From positions 11,907 through 75,906 of the forward strand of contig JBBARV010000003.1 of the NCBI GenBank assembly GCA_040399625.1: DNA of 64,000 nt, written 5' to 3'. Below, piece after piece: positions 10,437 through 19,414 of this stretch (positions are counted from its first letter, which is position 1; every line of letters begins with the position of its first letter). The position numbers were made by a program, and so were the translations under genes. This stretch comes from Candidatus Nanopelagicales bacterium. GTDB taxonomy: Bacteria; Actinomycetota; Actinomycetes; S36-B12. The notes under the pieces are model-generated. The model saw only the letters and a program-made list of their open reading frames with translations, was not told the origin of the DNA and searched no databases.

Positions 10437-11048
10437 ATGACTGGGTTAAACAGGTATTCTGACCGAGTGAGAATACAAATAGCCACCTCAGCAATTGCCC
10501 TATCCGCCATGATCTTGTTGGCCGGCTGCTCAAGCAGCCAAGATGCTGATCCGCAATTTACCGATACTGGCTCCGCCTCCGGACCGTATTCAGTTAATGA
10601 TTGTGCGACCCTGAGTTCACCGGTCATTTCAGAAACGGCGCCTCCAGGACTTGCTGTAGACGGGCTTGTGATCGGCGAAGATGCAGTTCCAACGATCAGC
10701 GTAGGGCCCAATTCGGTTCCTGCCGTAGAACTGGTTTCACAGCAACTCATTGCAGGTAGCGGTGCGAGCGTTGCCGTTGGGGACACCATTACTGTCAATT
10801 ACTGCGGGGTTGGTCAAATCACTGGCGCTCTCTTTGATTCTTCATTTGGGCGTGGGGAACCAGCCACCTTTGACCTTGTGCCTGGCGGCCTCATCGAAGG
10901 CTGGACCCAAGGCGTCCCAGGAATGCAGGTTGGAGAACGTCGTTTACTTCAGATTCCCGGTGATTTGGGCTACGGCGCTAACCCTCCCGGCGGTATTGAG
11001 GTTGATGAAACCCTTATTTTTGTCGTTGAACTTGTATCCATCGGTTAG
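10437..11048 (+). CDS. FKBP-type peptidyl-prolyl cis-trans isomerase, lipoprotein
   Basis: Signal peptide with lipobox LLAGC. The C-terminal FKBP domain has FDSSFGRGEPATF...GLIEGWTQGVPGMQVGERR...IPGDLGYG. Confidence 0.85.
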   Translation: MTGLNRYSDRVRIQIATSAIALSAMILLAGCSSSQDADPQFTDTGSASGPYSVNDCATLSSPVISETAPPGLAVDGLVIGEDAVPTISVGPNSVPAVELVSQQLIAGSGASVAVGDTITVNYCGVGQITGALFDSSFGRGEPATFDLVPGGLIEGWTQGVPGMQVGERRLLQIPGDLGYGANPPGGIEVDETLIFVVELVSIG

Positions 11049-11085
11049 TCTCAAAACCATCCATAGTTAGGGAAGTTGGAACCGC

Positions 11086-11451
11086 ATGTCTGATCTAACA
11101 AAACCCGAAATTGACTTTATTGAGGGACCGGCACCAACCGAGTTAGTAATCATGGATTTGGTTGTTGGTACGGGAGCGGAAGCTACACCCGGCGCCACGG
11201 TTGACGTGCACTACTTGGGGGTCGAATTTGAGACAGGGGAGCAATTTGACGCTTCATGGGATCGCGGGGAGAGCATCAATTTTCCGCTTTCGGGCCTGAT
11301 TGCCGGTTGGCAGGAAGGTATTCCCGGCATGAAAGTGGGAGGGCGCCGACAACTTGTCATCCCACCAGCGCTGGCTTATGGGGAATCCGGTGGACATCGT
11401 TTATCGGGTAAGACACTTGTTTTCATCATTGACCTTCTCGGCGTTAAATAG
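11086..11451 (+). CDS. FKBP-type peptidyl-prolyl cis-trans isomerase, cytoplasmic
   Basis: 121 aa with FDASWDRGESINFPL...LIAGWQEGIPGMKVGGRR...IPPALAYG. Confidence 0.88.
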   Translation: MSDLTKPEIDFIEGPAPTELVIMDLVVGTGAEATPGATVDVHYLGVEFETGEQFDASWDRGESINFPLSGLIAGWQEGIPGMKVGGRRQLVIPPALAYGESGGHRLSGKTLVFIIDLLGVK

Positions 11452-11465
11452 ACAAAAGTGCCTTA

Positions 11466-12440
11466 ATGCCCCGACGCGACAAAACGGAACGACTGCTCAA
11501 CTTGGTGTTCGCCATGATGTCAACGAGTCGGGCTATTTCGCGTTCAGATATTCGGGACAACGTTGCCGGCTACGAAGACGCCCATTCAGACGAGGCGTTC
11601 GAGCGGATGTTCGAGCGGGATAAAGATGAACTCCGATCTATGGGTCTACCAATTGAAACGGTAACCGACACAATGGGTGACACTTTGGGCTATCGAATCC
11701 GGCCCAGTGAATACGAGTTCGTTGATTTGGAACTCAGCCCCGACGATTTAATTGTTTTGGGAGTTGCCGCACAAGTGTGGGATCAAGCAGTGCTGAGCGC
11801 TCCCGCACAAAGCGCGCTTCGCAAGATTGAGGCGAAATATGGGAAAAGTGTTGTTTCACCCCCCGCTGAAATGTCTGGCCTCGTGAGATTACAGGCGAAC
11901 GACGTCTCACTGCCGATACTGCTTCGAGCAGCGCGGGAAAAAAGAGTTGTAAAATTTAATTATCAGAATCGCGCTGGGCAACAATCGGCAAGAAGTATTG
12001 AGCCTTGGGCCGTCATTTGTCGCGAGGGGCATTGGTACTGCATAGGTTTCGATCTTGATCGTCAGGAGCAGAGAACTTTCAAACTCCCCAGAATCCAGGG
12101 TGGTGTCAAATTGACGGCTGAAGTGCATACTGCGCTGCGGCCAGAAAACCCCTCAATGCAAATCCCACAACCTGACGAGTTGATTACTGCTCGAATTACC
12201 ATCGTGCCCCAACGCGGAGCCATGTTGCGGAGAAACGCAGCTTCAATTGAAATTTCTGAAGACGGGGATCGCTTAACAGTTAATGGTTCGCTCGCTGATT
12301 TAACCCAATGGACACTGCTTGCGCTTTTTGATGTGATCAAGATTGATTCACCTACGCTGTCGGAATCTGTACTGACAGCCAGTAAACGGGTCTTTGATGA
12401 GCATCGACTTGCGGTCGAGAATGGTGCGACTAATGGCTGA
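11466..12440 (+). CDS. pafB: HTH + WYL domain transcriptional regulator PafB
   Basis: 324 aa with an N-terminal wHTH (ERLLNLVFAMMSTSRAISRSDI) and a central WYL-type region (REGHWYCIGFD). It sits after pafA and the FKBP genes. Confidence 0.85.
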   Translation: MPRRDKTERLLNLVFAMMSTSRAISRSDIRDNVAGYEDAHSDEAFERMFERDKDELRSMGLPIETVTDTMGDTLGYRIRPSEYEFVDLELSPDDLIVLGVAAQVWDQAVLSAPAQSALRKIEAKYGKSVVSPPAEMSGLVRLQANDVSLPILLRAAREKRVVKFNYQNRAGQQSARSIEPWAVICREGHWYCIGFDLDRQEQRTFKLPRIQGGVKLTAEVHTALRPENPSMQIPQPDELITARITIVPQRGAMLRRNAASIEISEDGDRLTVNGSLADLTQWTLLALFDVIKIDSPTLSESVLTASKRVFDEHRLAVENGATNG

Positions 12441-13380
12441 GCAGATATCCGACCGAATTTCTCGGTTGCTCGCTTTGGTTCCTTGGCTAGCCAAGCGCCC
12501 AGGAATAACCCTGACACAAACAGCTGAACATTTCGGTATCAGTGTGGAGGTGCTCACCAAGGATCTTTGGCAGCTCGTCTTGTGTGGACTTCCCGGCTAC
12601 GGACCCGACCAACTGGTCGACATTGACTTTTGGGATGACGATCGAATCTGGGTCCAAGACCCACAAACGTTGGCGGTCCCTATGCGAATCAGTTCGGATG
12701 AGGCAATAGCTTTGTCGATCGCGCTTCGGCGGATGAACCAGATACCTGGAGTGTCGGAAAAAGAATCAATCAACAGACTCATTGTTAAAATGGATGCCGT
12801 TACTGGTTCAGAAGTAAGTGTGGTTCCGACCTCAGGTGCGGAACAGGCTGCCCAGAGCGAATTGATTGAATTTGCCCTCGCTAACAATCTTTCATTAAAT
12901 TTTGAATACTCATCGGCGAACGACGACCATTCACGTCGCAATGTTGCCCCATTGAGAGTTTTTAGTGTTGATGATTATTTGTACTTAGCCGCATGGTGCG
13001 AGCAAGCTGAGGCGGTGCGTTCATTCCGTTTTGACCGGATGGCCGATCTAATATCGGGTGAACCACTTGTGCACGCTGATGTTGACCTGGGGGTCGAAGT
13101 CACCGGATTAACAGATTTGACATCGGCTCCCACGGCCCTGATTCGTATTGACCCAGTGATTGCCTGGGTCACGGAAGAGGCTTGGGTAACCCGTGCACCT
13201 GATGGCCTTGGTCAACTCAAGGATGGTCAGATCTTGATCACCGTGCCCTATTTATCCAAGGATTGGCTGATTCGCTGGATTATGTCCATGGCAGGTGCCG
13301 CTACCGTCCTAGAGCCGATCGAATTTGCCGAAGAAATCAGTGAATTGGTTCAGAAATCCATGGTCCGGCTGGGCAACTGA
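12433..13380 (+). CDS. pafC: HTH + WYL domain transcriptional regulator PafC
   Basis: The ORF opens at 12394. ATG 12433 (MAEQISDRISRLLALVPWL) overlaps the pafB stop by 8 nt and is the most parsimonious start; 12421 is an alternative. WYL-type segment DDYLYLAAWC. Confidence 0.8.
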   Translation: MAEQISDRISRLLALVPWLAKRPGITLTQTAEHFGISVEVLTKDLWQLVLCGLPGYGPDQLVDIDFWDDDRIWVQDPQTLAVPMRISSDEAIALSIALRRMNQIPGVSEKESINRLIVKMDAVTGSEVSVVPTSGAEQAAQSELIEFALANNLSLNFEYSSANDDHSRRNVAPLRVFSVDDYLYLAAWCEQAEAVRSFRFDRMADLISGEPLVHADVDLGVEVTGLTDLTSAPTALIRIDPVIAWVTEEAWVTRAPDGLGQLKDGQILITVPYLSKDWLIRWIMSMAGAATVLEPIEFAEEISELVQKSMVRLGN

Positions 13381-13472
13381 CGTTGTGGCCGAAGTAGAGT
13401 CCGAGGAGTTGTAGACTGAAGTCGTAGACTCGGTAGGGCATAAAGAAATCCGCGTGGCAAGGAAGGGATCAC

Positions 13473-13754
13473 ATGTTCAGTAATCTCAAAGGCTGGGAAT
13501 GGCTCATCATCGTCGCCCTTATTTTGCTGTTGTTTGGTGCAAAACGACTCCCCGATGCTGCACGCGGCCTTGGTCGTTCACTTCGTATCTTCAAAGCGGA
13601 AACCAAAGGCCTCGTGAATAACGAGAGCGAAGAGGAAGTGAAGGCTGTTGACCCCAAAAACGCGGATTCGAAGGCAGTCCAAGCTGGTACGCCCGAAATA
13701 GCAATAGTCGAAGTGAGCACTGAAAATGAGCCTGCTTCGCCCACTGAACGTTAG
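13473..13754 (+). CDS. tatA: twin-arginine translocase subunit TatA/E
   Basis: [41 protein letters not shown] is the canonical TatA transmembrane plus amphipathic helix. SD-like GGAAGGG lies upstream. Confidence 0.92.
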   Translation: MFSNLKGWEWLIIVALILLLFGAKRLPDAARGLGRSLRIFKAETKGLVNNESEEEVKAVDPKNADSKAVQAGTPEIAIVEVSTENEPASPTER

Positions 13755-13763
13755 TAGCAGCTA

Positions 13764-14597
13764 GTGACCCTGCGCGAAAAGCAGGAGTCGGTGGGAATGC
13801 CACTGGTCGAGCATTTACGGGAGCTGCGGTCCCGGTTGGTCAAAAGTGGAATTGCCATTGCAGTTGGCATGGTTATTGGTTGGATCTATTACGCAGAAAT
13901 TTTTGCTTGGATCAGCGAACCTTTCACCAACGTCATTGCTGCGGCAAAAGCCAATGGTCAAAACGTGGTCTTGGCGCTCACCGGTGTTGCCGACCCATTT
14001 GTTCTGCAAATTCAAGTTTCCGCTGCCGCTGGCCTCGCCCTAAGTGCCCCCGTGTGGCTGTACCAGCTCTGGCGATTCGTCACACCCGGTTTACACCGCA
14101 ATGAACAAAAATGGGCGATTGGGTTTGTCGCTGTTGCCACACCACTGTTCGCGGCTGGAATAATTCTGGCCTATGTTGTAATGCCCCTTGGATTAGAAAT
14201 ACTGCTCGGATTTACTCCAGATAACGTGGAGAACATTGTCTCTGTTGATCGTTACCTCTCGTTCTTCCTCAGGACAATTCTCGTGTTTGGGGTGGGATTC
14301 TTAACGCCACTTCTCATTGTGTTGTTGAACTTCGCGGGAATTCTCTCGGGTAAACGCCTGGTTTCATGGTGGCGGTGGATTATTTTCACGGTTTTGATTT
14401 TCTCGGCCATTGCAACCCCAACGGGTGACCCCATCAACTTGATGTTGCTGGCGGGTCCAATCATGATCCTTGTCATTATTGCGGTCGGGATCTCACTGCT
14501 CAATGACCGTCGGCGGGCTCGGAAAATGCGCAATTCTGGATTTGGTGAACTTGATGACGACGAAATCTCGCCCCTTGACACAGATCGAGAAGATTGA
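13764..14597 (+). CDS. tatC: twin-arginine translocase subunit TatC
   Basis: Six-TM protein containing MPLVEHLRELRSRL. The GTG 13764 start is uncertain; ATG 13797 (MPLVEHL...) is an equally plausible start. Confidence 0.9.
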   Translation: MTLREKQESVGMPLVEHLRELRSRLVKSGIAIAVGMVIGWIYYAEIFAWISEPFTNVIAAAKANGQNVVLALTGVADPFVLQIQVSAAAGLALSAPVWLYQLWRFVTPGLHRNEQKWAIGFVAVATPLFAAGIILAYVVMPLGLEILLGFTPDNVENIVSVDRYLSFFLRTILVFGVGFLTPLLIVLLNFAGILSGKRLVSWWRWIIFTVLIFSAIATPTGDPINLMLLAGPIMILVIIAVGISLLNDRRRARKMRNSGFGELDDDEISPLDTDRED

Positions 14598-14608
14598 CGC
14601 ACCACGGA

Positions 14609-14614
14609 TAGACT
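14609..14614 (+). promoter_or_regulatory. -10-like TAGACT, 6 nt before ATG 14621 (helY); leaderless-type layout
   Basis: TAGACT-gtagtt-ATG. No SD-like run. Confidence 0.45.
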
Positions 14615-14620
14615 GTAGTT

Positions 14621-17359
14621 ATGACTTCCGCGGCTGAAAAGTATGCCGCATCTCGTTTGCGAGCAAAAGACAATAAAACCATGGTGGGCGCCTTTACGTC
14701 CGGCTACGCATTCGATCTGGACCCATTTCAGTTGGAAGCGGTTCGAGCAATCGAGTCTGGCAAAGGCGTGTTAGTAGCTGCACCTACCGGAGCAGGGAAA
14801 ACGGTCGTTGGCGAGTTCGCAATCTTTCGCGCGCTCAACACCGGAACCAAGTGTTTTTACACCACGCCGATTAAAGCTCTCTCTAACCAAAAGTACGCGG
14901 AATTGGTCGAACGGTATGGCAGTGAGAATGTTGGACTGCTAACGGGAGATAACAGCATCAATGGAGATGCACCGATTGTCGTCATGACAACTGAAGTTCT
15001 ACGAAACATGCTTTACGCGCGCTCAACGACCTTGAACAATCTTTCATTTGTTGTGATGGATGAAGTGCATTATCTTGCCGACCGTTCACGCGGCGCAGTT
15101 TGGGAAGAGGTGATTATCCACCTGCCCGAATCCGTGACCATCATCGCGCTGAGCGCGACCGTGAGCAACGCAGAAGAATTTGGACGGTGGCTGGCGACAA
15201 TCAGGGGTGAAACTGAAGTCATTGTGGAGGAAATACGTCCCGTGCCTTTATGGCAACACGTGATGGCGGGAAAACGGCTCTACGACCTATTCATTGATGA
15301 CTCTCAACATGAAGTAAACCCTGAGTTGGCGGCATTAGCCCGAAGTTCTGCACAAGCTGCGACAAGTCGGAATCATTCCAAATACGGTAGTAAAGGTCGA
15401 GGCGCGCCCCGACGAACTACGTTGACACCATGGCGAAGTGACGTTGTGGCTTTGCTTGAAGCCGAAGTTCTGTTACCGGCCATTTACTTTCTGTTTAGCC
15501 GCGCCGGGTGTGATGACGCGGTTGAGCAAATTCTTCGGTCGGGACTTCGCTTAACCTCAACAGTTGAACGCGAAAAAATTCGCAACCAAGTACTTGAGTC
15601 AACCCGGGATATTCCCGACGAAGATCTAGCCGCATTGGGTTTTAGCGATTGGATAGACGCACTAGAGCGGGGTGTTGCCGCCCACCATGCTGGAGCCCTT
15701 CCACGATTCAAAGAGATTGTCGAGTCTTTATTCCAGCAGGGTTTACTGAAAGTGGTTTTCGCAACCGAGACTCTGGCGTTGGGTATCAATATGCCGGCGA
15801 AGTCAGTTGTTCTTGAGCGTTTGGTCAAGTGGAATGGGGACGCCCATGTTGACCTTTCACCGGGGGAGTACACCCAAATCACTGGCCGTGCTGGCCGTCG
15901 GGGCATTGATATTGAGGGTCACGCGGTTGTGCTTTGGCAGCAGGAACTTGACCCTAAATCACTCGCCGGTTTGGCGTCCACGCGCACCTATCCATTGAAA
16001 TCTTCATTTCGACCTAGTTACAACATGACGGTCAACCTGGTCGGATCAATAGGTACTGAGCGTGCACGCGAACTTCTCGAGACTTCATTTGCCCAATTTC
16101 AAGCGGATGCTTCGGTGGTCGGAATGGCGACCGAACTGCGAAAACTGGAAGAGGCAAAAGCTGGTTACTTTGACTCAATGCAGTGCCATCTTGGCGACTT
16201 TGAACAATACAGCGCTATTCGTTTCGAAATTTCAGTCGCAGAACGTCAGGACAGTCGTCAGGTTGTACGTCAGAGGCGCGACTTCGGTGAAGCTCAACTG
16301 CGAATACTGAAGGTAGGAGATGTAATCATGCTCTCCGCTGGGAAAAAAGCAGGACCAGCAGTCGTTGTAACACCTGCGATCAATAATGACAAAGTGGAGC
16401 CACGACCCATGGTGCTGACCGGAGATCGCCAGGTACGTCGACTCAATCACCATGATGCATTGGTTGATTTATCTCCCATCGGGAAAATCAAGGTCCCGAA
16501 AAGCTTCTCATCCCGTGATGCTCATATGAAGAAATCCTTGGCATCCCAAGTGCGCGAAATTGGCCAACATGCCGCTGATCCAAAACGACGTGGCAATAAG
16601 TCACATGAGGTAAATCCGCTCGTCCAAGATCTCCGGGACCAAATGCGGGCCCACCCGTGCCATGGTTGTGATGAGCGCGAAGCCCATGCACGCTGGGGGG
16701 AGCGTTTTCAGAAAACAGAAAGCCAGTACCAAGAAGTCTCGTCCCGAATGAAAGGTCGAACGAACACCATTGCCCGGCGATTTGATCGACTGTGCTCGGT
16801 GCTGGGGGACCTTGATTACTTGGTGAAGGACCCCCAAGGCGAATGGCAAGTCACCCGACGCGGTGACCTACTCAAAGGGGTTTATTCGGAAAATGATCTA
16901 CTCATCGCCCAAACAATATTGGCCGGTGTCTTAGACGAGCTCGACCCGCCAACCCTGGCGGCTGTGTGTTCAACATTTGTTTATGAAAGTCGCCGAGGTG
17001 ATTCCGATGAAGCTCCGTCAGTCCCTGGTGGACCAACCCAAAAGGCCCTCGATGACATCCACGAGATTTGGGGTCACGTTGAAGGAATCGAGCACGACCA
17101 CAAAGTGCACGAGAGCCGCAGGCTAGACGCCGGCTTGGCTTGGGCCCTTTACCGGTGGGCAAAAGGGGCTACATTGATGAAAATACTGACAAGCAATGAC
17201 GTAACGGCTGGAGACTTTGTTCGCTGGGTGCGGCAGGTGATTGACCTTCTCGGTCAAATTGTTGCTGTTACCCCACCCGATTCAGCCCTGCATGCCAACG
17301 CCTTGGCCGCAATTGACTTGTGTAAGCGTGGGATTATTTCCTATCCCAGCGCAGCCTGA
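14621..17359 (+). CDS. helY: Ski2-like DEAD/DEAH-box RNA helicase HelY
   Basis: 912 aa with APTGAGKT, a DEVH box (VVMDEVHYLAD) and a C-terminal DSHCT-like region. Synteny matches Rv2092c. Confidence 0.88.
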   Translation: MTSAAEKYAASRLRAKDNKTMVGAFTSGYAFDLDPFQLEAVRAIESGKGVLVAAPTGAGKTVVGEFAIFRALNTGTKCFYTTPIKALSNQKYAELVERYGSENVGLLTGDNSINGDAPIVVMTTEVLRNMLYARSTTLNNLSFVVMDEVHYLADRSRGAVWEEVIIHLPESVTIIALSATVSNAEEFGRWLATIRGETEVIVEEIRPVPLWQHVMAGKRLYDLFIDDSQHEVNPELAALARSSAQAATSRNHSKYGSKGRGAPRRTTLTPWRSDVVALLEAEVLLPAIYFLFSRAGCDDAVEQILRSGLRLTSTVEREKIRNQVLESTRDIPDEDLAALGFSDWIDALERGVAAHHAGALPRFKEIVESLFQQGLLKVVFATETLALGINMPAKSVVLERLVKWNGDAHVDLSPGEYTQITGRAGRRGIDIEGHAVVLWQQELDPKSLAGLASTRTYPLKSSFRPSYNMTVNLVGSIGTERARELLETSFAQFQADASVVGMATELRKLEEAKAGYFDSMQCHLGDFEQYSAIRFEISVAERQDSRQVVRQRRDFGEAQLRILKVGDVIMLSAGKKAGPAVVVTPAINNDKVEPRPMVLTGDRQVRRLNHHDALVDLSPIGKIKVPKSFSSRDAHMKKSLASQVREIGQHAADPKRRGNKSHEVNPLVQDLRDQMRAHPCHGCDEREAHARWGERFQKTESQYQEVSSRMKGRTNTIARRFDRLCSVLGDLDYLVKDPQGEWQVTRRGDLLKGVYSENDLLIAQTILAGVLDELDPPTLAAVCSTFVYESRRGDSDEAPSVPGGPTQKALDDIHEIWGHVEGIEHDHKVHESRRLDAGLAWALYRWAKGATLMKILTSNDVTAGDFVRWVRQVIDLLGQIVAVTPPDSALHANALAAIDLCKRGIISYPSAA

Positions 17360-18252
17360 AGAAGTTCATCAACGTACTTGTCAACTCCCCAAGTGAGCGC
17401 CACCTCATTGAGTGTCTGCATATCAACGGGTTCATAGGGAACATCGGTGCTCCACGCGCCCACGGGAAGTCGAGTCTCAGCCGTGATTACCTTCATAGCC
17501 GCATCCAAGTAGTCTGCGCCGGAGCTAATCCGCTCCGCAAGCCGAGGTGTGAGTGGCTTGTCAGGATTAGGGGCCTCTGATGCCTTGACGAGGGCGTCGA
17601 GGGTGCCGTAGGCATTAACCAGTGCGATAGCGGTTTTATCGCCAATTCCTGGGATCCCAGGAAGTCCGTCGCTGGAATCACCCCGGAGTGCCGCCATAGA
17701 CAGATAGTTTTTGGGGGATACACCATATTTTGACTCAATTCCCTCGGGATCCAAAACCGGCCAATTTTCTACACCACCGGTGACCTGCAAAAGTAGTGAG
17801 ACTTGATCGGTGACCACCTGGATGAGGTCCCGATCACTCGTAACCACGAATGATCGCCCCTGATGCTGGGCCGCAACCGAGGCGATCACGTCATCGGCCT
17901 CAAAACCATCTATCCCGATTCGGGCAACACCCCAGGCATCAAGAATTGCTGCAATTGCATCAATCTGGGGACTTAGGGTGTCCGGTACTTCTTCCTGCCC
18001 TGAACCCACTTCAAGTCGGTGGGTTTTATAGCTGGGAACTAATTCCACCCGCCAAGCCGGTCGCCAGTCGTTGTCCCACGCGGCAACAATTCCGCTGGGG
18101 TGGTGAAGCGTGATCAATTTGGTCAACATTAAAAGGAAGCCTCGGACCGCATTATGGGGCTCACCGTTGGGCGCGGTCATTTTCTCGGGAAGAGCGTAGA
18201 ACGCCCGGTAATACAGGGTGGCACTATCGAGGATTAACAAAGGTCCACTCAC
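17341..18252 (-). CDS. 5'-3' exonuclease (FEN / Pol I N-terminal domain-like)
   Basis: 303 aa with LLILDSATLYYRAFYALP, an acidic cluster FEADDVIA and an H3TH segment GIPGIGDKTA. GTG start. Confidence 0.85.
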   Translation of the reverse strand: MSGPLLILDSATLYYRAFYALPEKMTAPNGEPHNAVRGFLLMLTKLITLHHPSGIVAAWDNDWRPAWRVELVPSYKTHRLEVGSGQEEVPDTLSPQIDAIAAILDAWGVARIGIDGFEADDVIASVAAQHQGRSFVVTSDRDLIQVVTDQVSLLLQVTGGVENWPVLDPEGIESKYGVSPKNYLSMAALRGDSSDGLPGIPGIGDKTAIALVNAYGTLDALVKASEAPNPDKPLTPRLAERISSGADYLDAAMKVITAETRLPVGAWSTDVPYEPVDMQTLNEVALTWGVDKYVDELLQAALG

Positions 18253-18258
18253 AGCGAA

Positions 18259-18264
18259 AGTATG
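18259..18264 (-). promoter_or_regulatory. -10-like CATACT, 6 nt before GTG 18252 (5'-3' exonuclease); leaderless-type layout
   Basis: Minus strand CATACT-ttcgct-GTG in a 35-bp divergent spacer. Confidence 0.4.
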
Positions 18265-18274
18265 ACACCCGGGC

Positions 18275-18280
18275 TAATCT
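18275..18280 (+). promoter_or_regulatory. -10-like TAATCT, 7 nt before ATG 18288 (M24 peptidase); leaderless-type layout
   Basis: TAATCT-gtcctac-ATG. No SD-like run. Confidence 0.45.
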
Positions 18281-18287
18281 GTCCTAC

Positions 18288-19403
18288 ATGGCTGCAACCT
18301 CGGACTATCTGGAGCGAATTCATCGAGTACAGGTTCACATGCAGGAACTAGGTGTGGATCTAATGCTGGTTACCCCGAGTGCGGACCTGCGTTATCTCAT
18401 TGGCTACAACGCTATTCCGCTGGAGCGCATCACCGCCTTGGTGATCACGCCCCAGAATGCACCGTCGTTGGTTGTACCGCGGCTGGAGGTATCAACCGCT
18501 CATGCAAGTCCTTTCGGTGATTTGGGCTGGGAAGTCTTTGGCTGGGTTGAAAATGACAATCCTTACGCAATTATCCGGGAAGTATCAAGATTCAGTCAGG
18601 GCCGGATCGCGGTCGACAATCACATGTGGGCCGAGCGGGTTCTCAAGATCCAGGAAAATTTTCCCAAAGCACACATCGAATTAGCCGCCCCCATCATCAG
18701 TGCAATCCGGAGTCGTAAAACTCCGAACGAACTGGATTTCTTACGTGAAGCTGCTTCAGCGATTGACCGCGTGCACGCGCAAGTCCCCAAACTACTTAAA
18801 GTGGGTCGCACGGAGGAGGAAGTCGGGCGTGATATCTCCGAACTCATTTTGGCCGAAGGACACGTTCGGGTTGACTTTGTCATTGTTGCTTCAGGTCCAA
18901 ATGGAGCCAGTCCCCATCACGAACTCAGTAATCGTGTGATCGGTGCCGGTGACCCGGTCGTCGTTGATATTGGCGGAACCATGCCCAGCGGATACTGCAG
19001 CGACTGCACTCGAACCTACTCCATGGGTGACCCGGGATCTGACTACACAGAGCGGTACGAGATTTTGCAACGAGCACAGGAACGTTCAACCAAGGCGGTC
19101 TTCAACGGAGCGATTAGTCATGACATCGACGCAGCTGGCAGGAATGAACTTGCCAACAGTGATCTAGCTCAATACTTTATCCACCGAACGGGCCACGGGA
19201 TAGGTCTTGAGACCCACGAAGAGCCCTATATCGGTGAGAACAATCAAACCGTGATCGAAAACAACATGGTGTTCAGTATTGAACCCGGTTTTTATATTGA
19301 AGGTGTCCACGGAGCACGCATCGAAGATATTGTTATCTGTACCCCGGGTGGACCTGAGTCGATCAACAATCAAACTCGTGATCTAGTCATTATTGAGATT
19401 TAG
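18288..19403 (+). CDS. M24-family Xaa-Pro dipeptidase / aminopeptidase P
   Basis: 371 aa carrying the metal ligands of the pita-bread fold: VVDIGG..., HRTGHGIGLETHEEPY and GARIEDIV. Confidence 0.85.
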   Translation: MAATSDYLERIHRVQVHMQELGVDLMLVTPSADLRYLIGYNAIPLERITALVITPQNAPSLVVPRLEVSTAHASPFGDLGWEVFGWVENDNPYAIIREVSRFSQGRIAVDNHMWAERVLKIQENFPKAHIELAAPIISAIRSRKTPNELDFLREAASAIDRVHAQVPKLLKVGRTEEEVGRDISELILAEGHVRVDFVIVASGPNGASPHHELSNRVIGAGDPVVVDIGGTMPSGYCSDCTRTYSMGDPGSDYTERYEILQRAQERSTKAVFNGAISHDIDAAGRNELANSDLAQYFIHRTGHGIGLETHEEPYIGENNQTVIENNMVFSIEPGFYIEGVHGARIEDIVICTPGGPESINNQTRDLVIIEI

Positions 19404-19414
19404 CCGACTGAATC

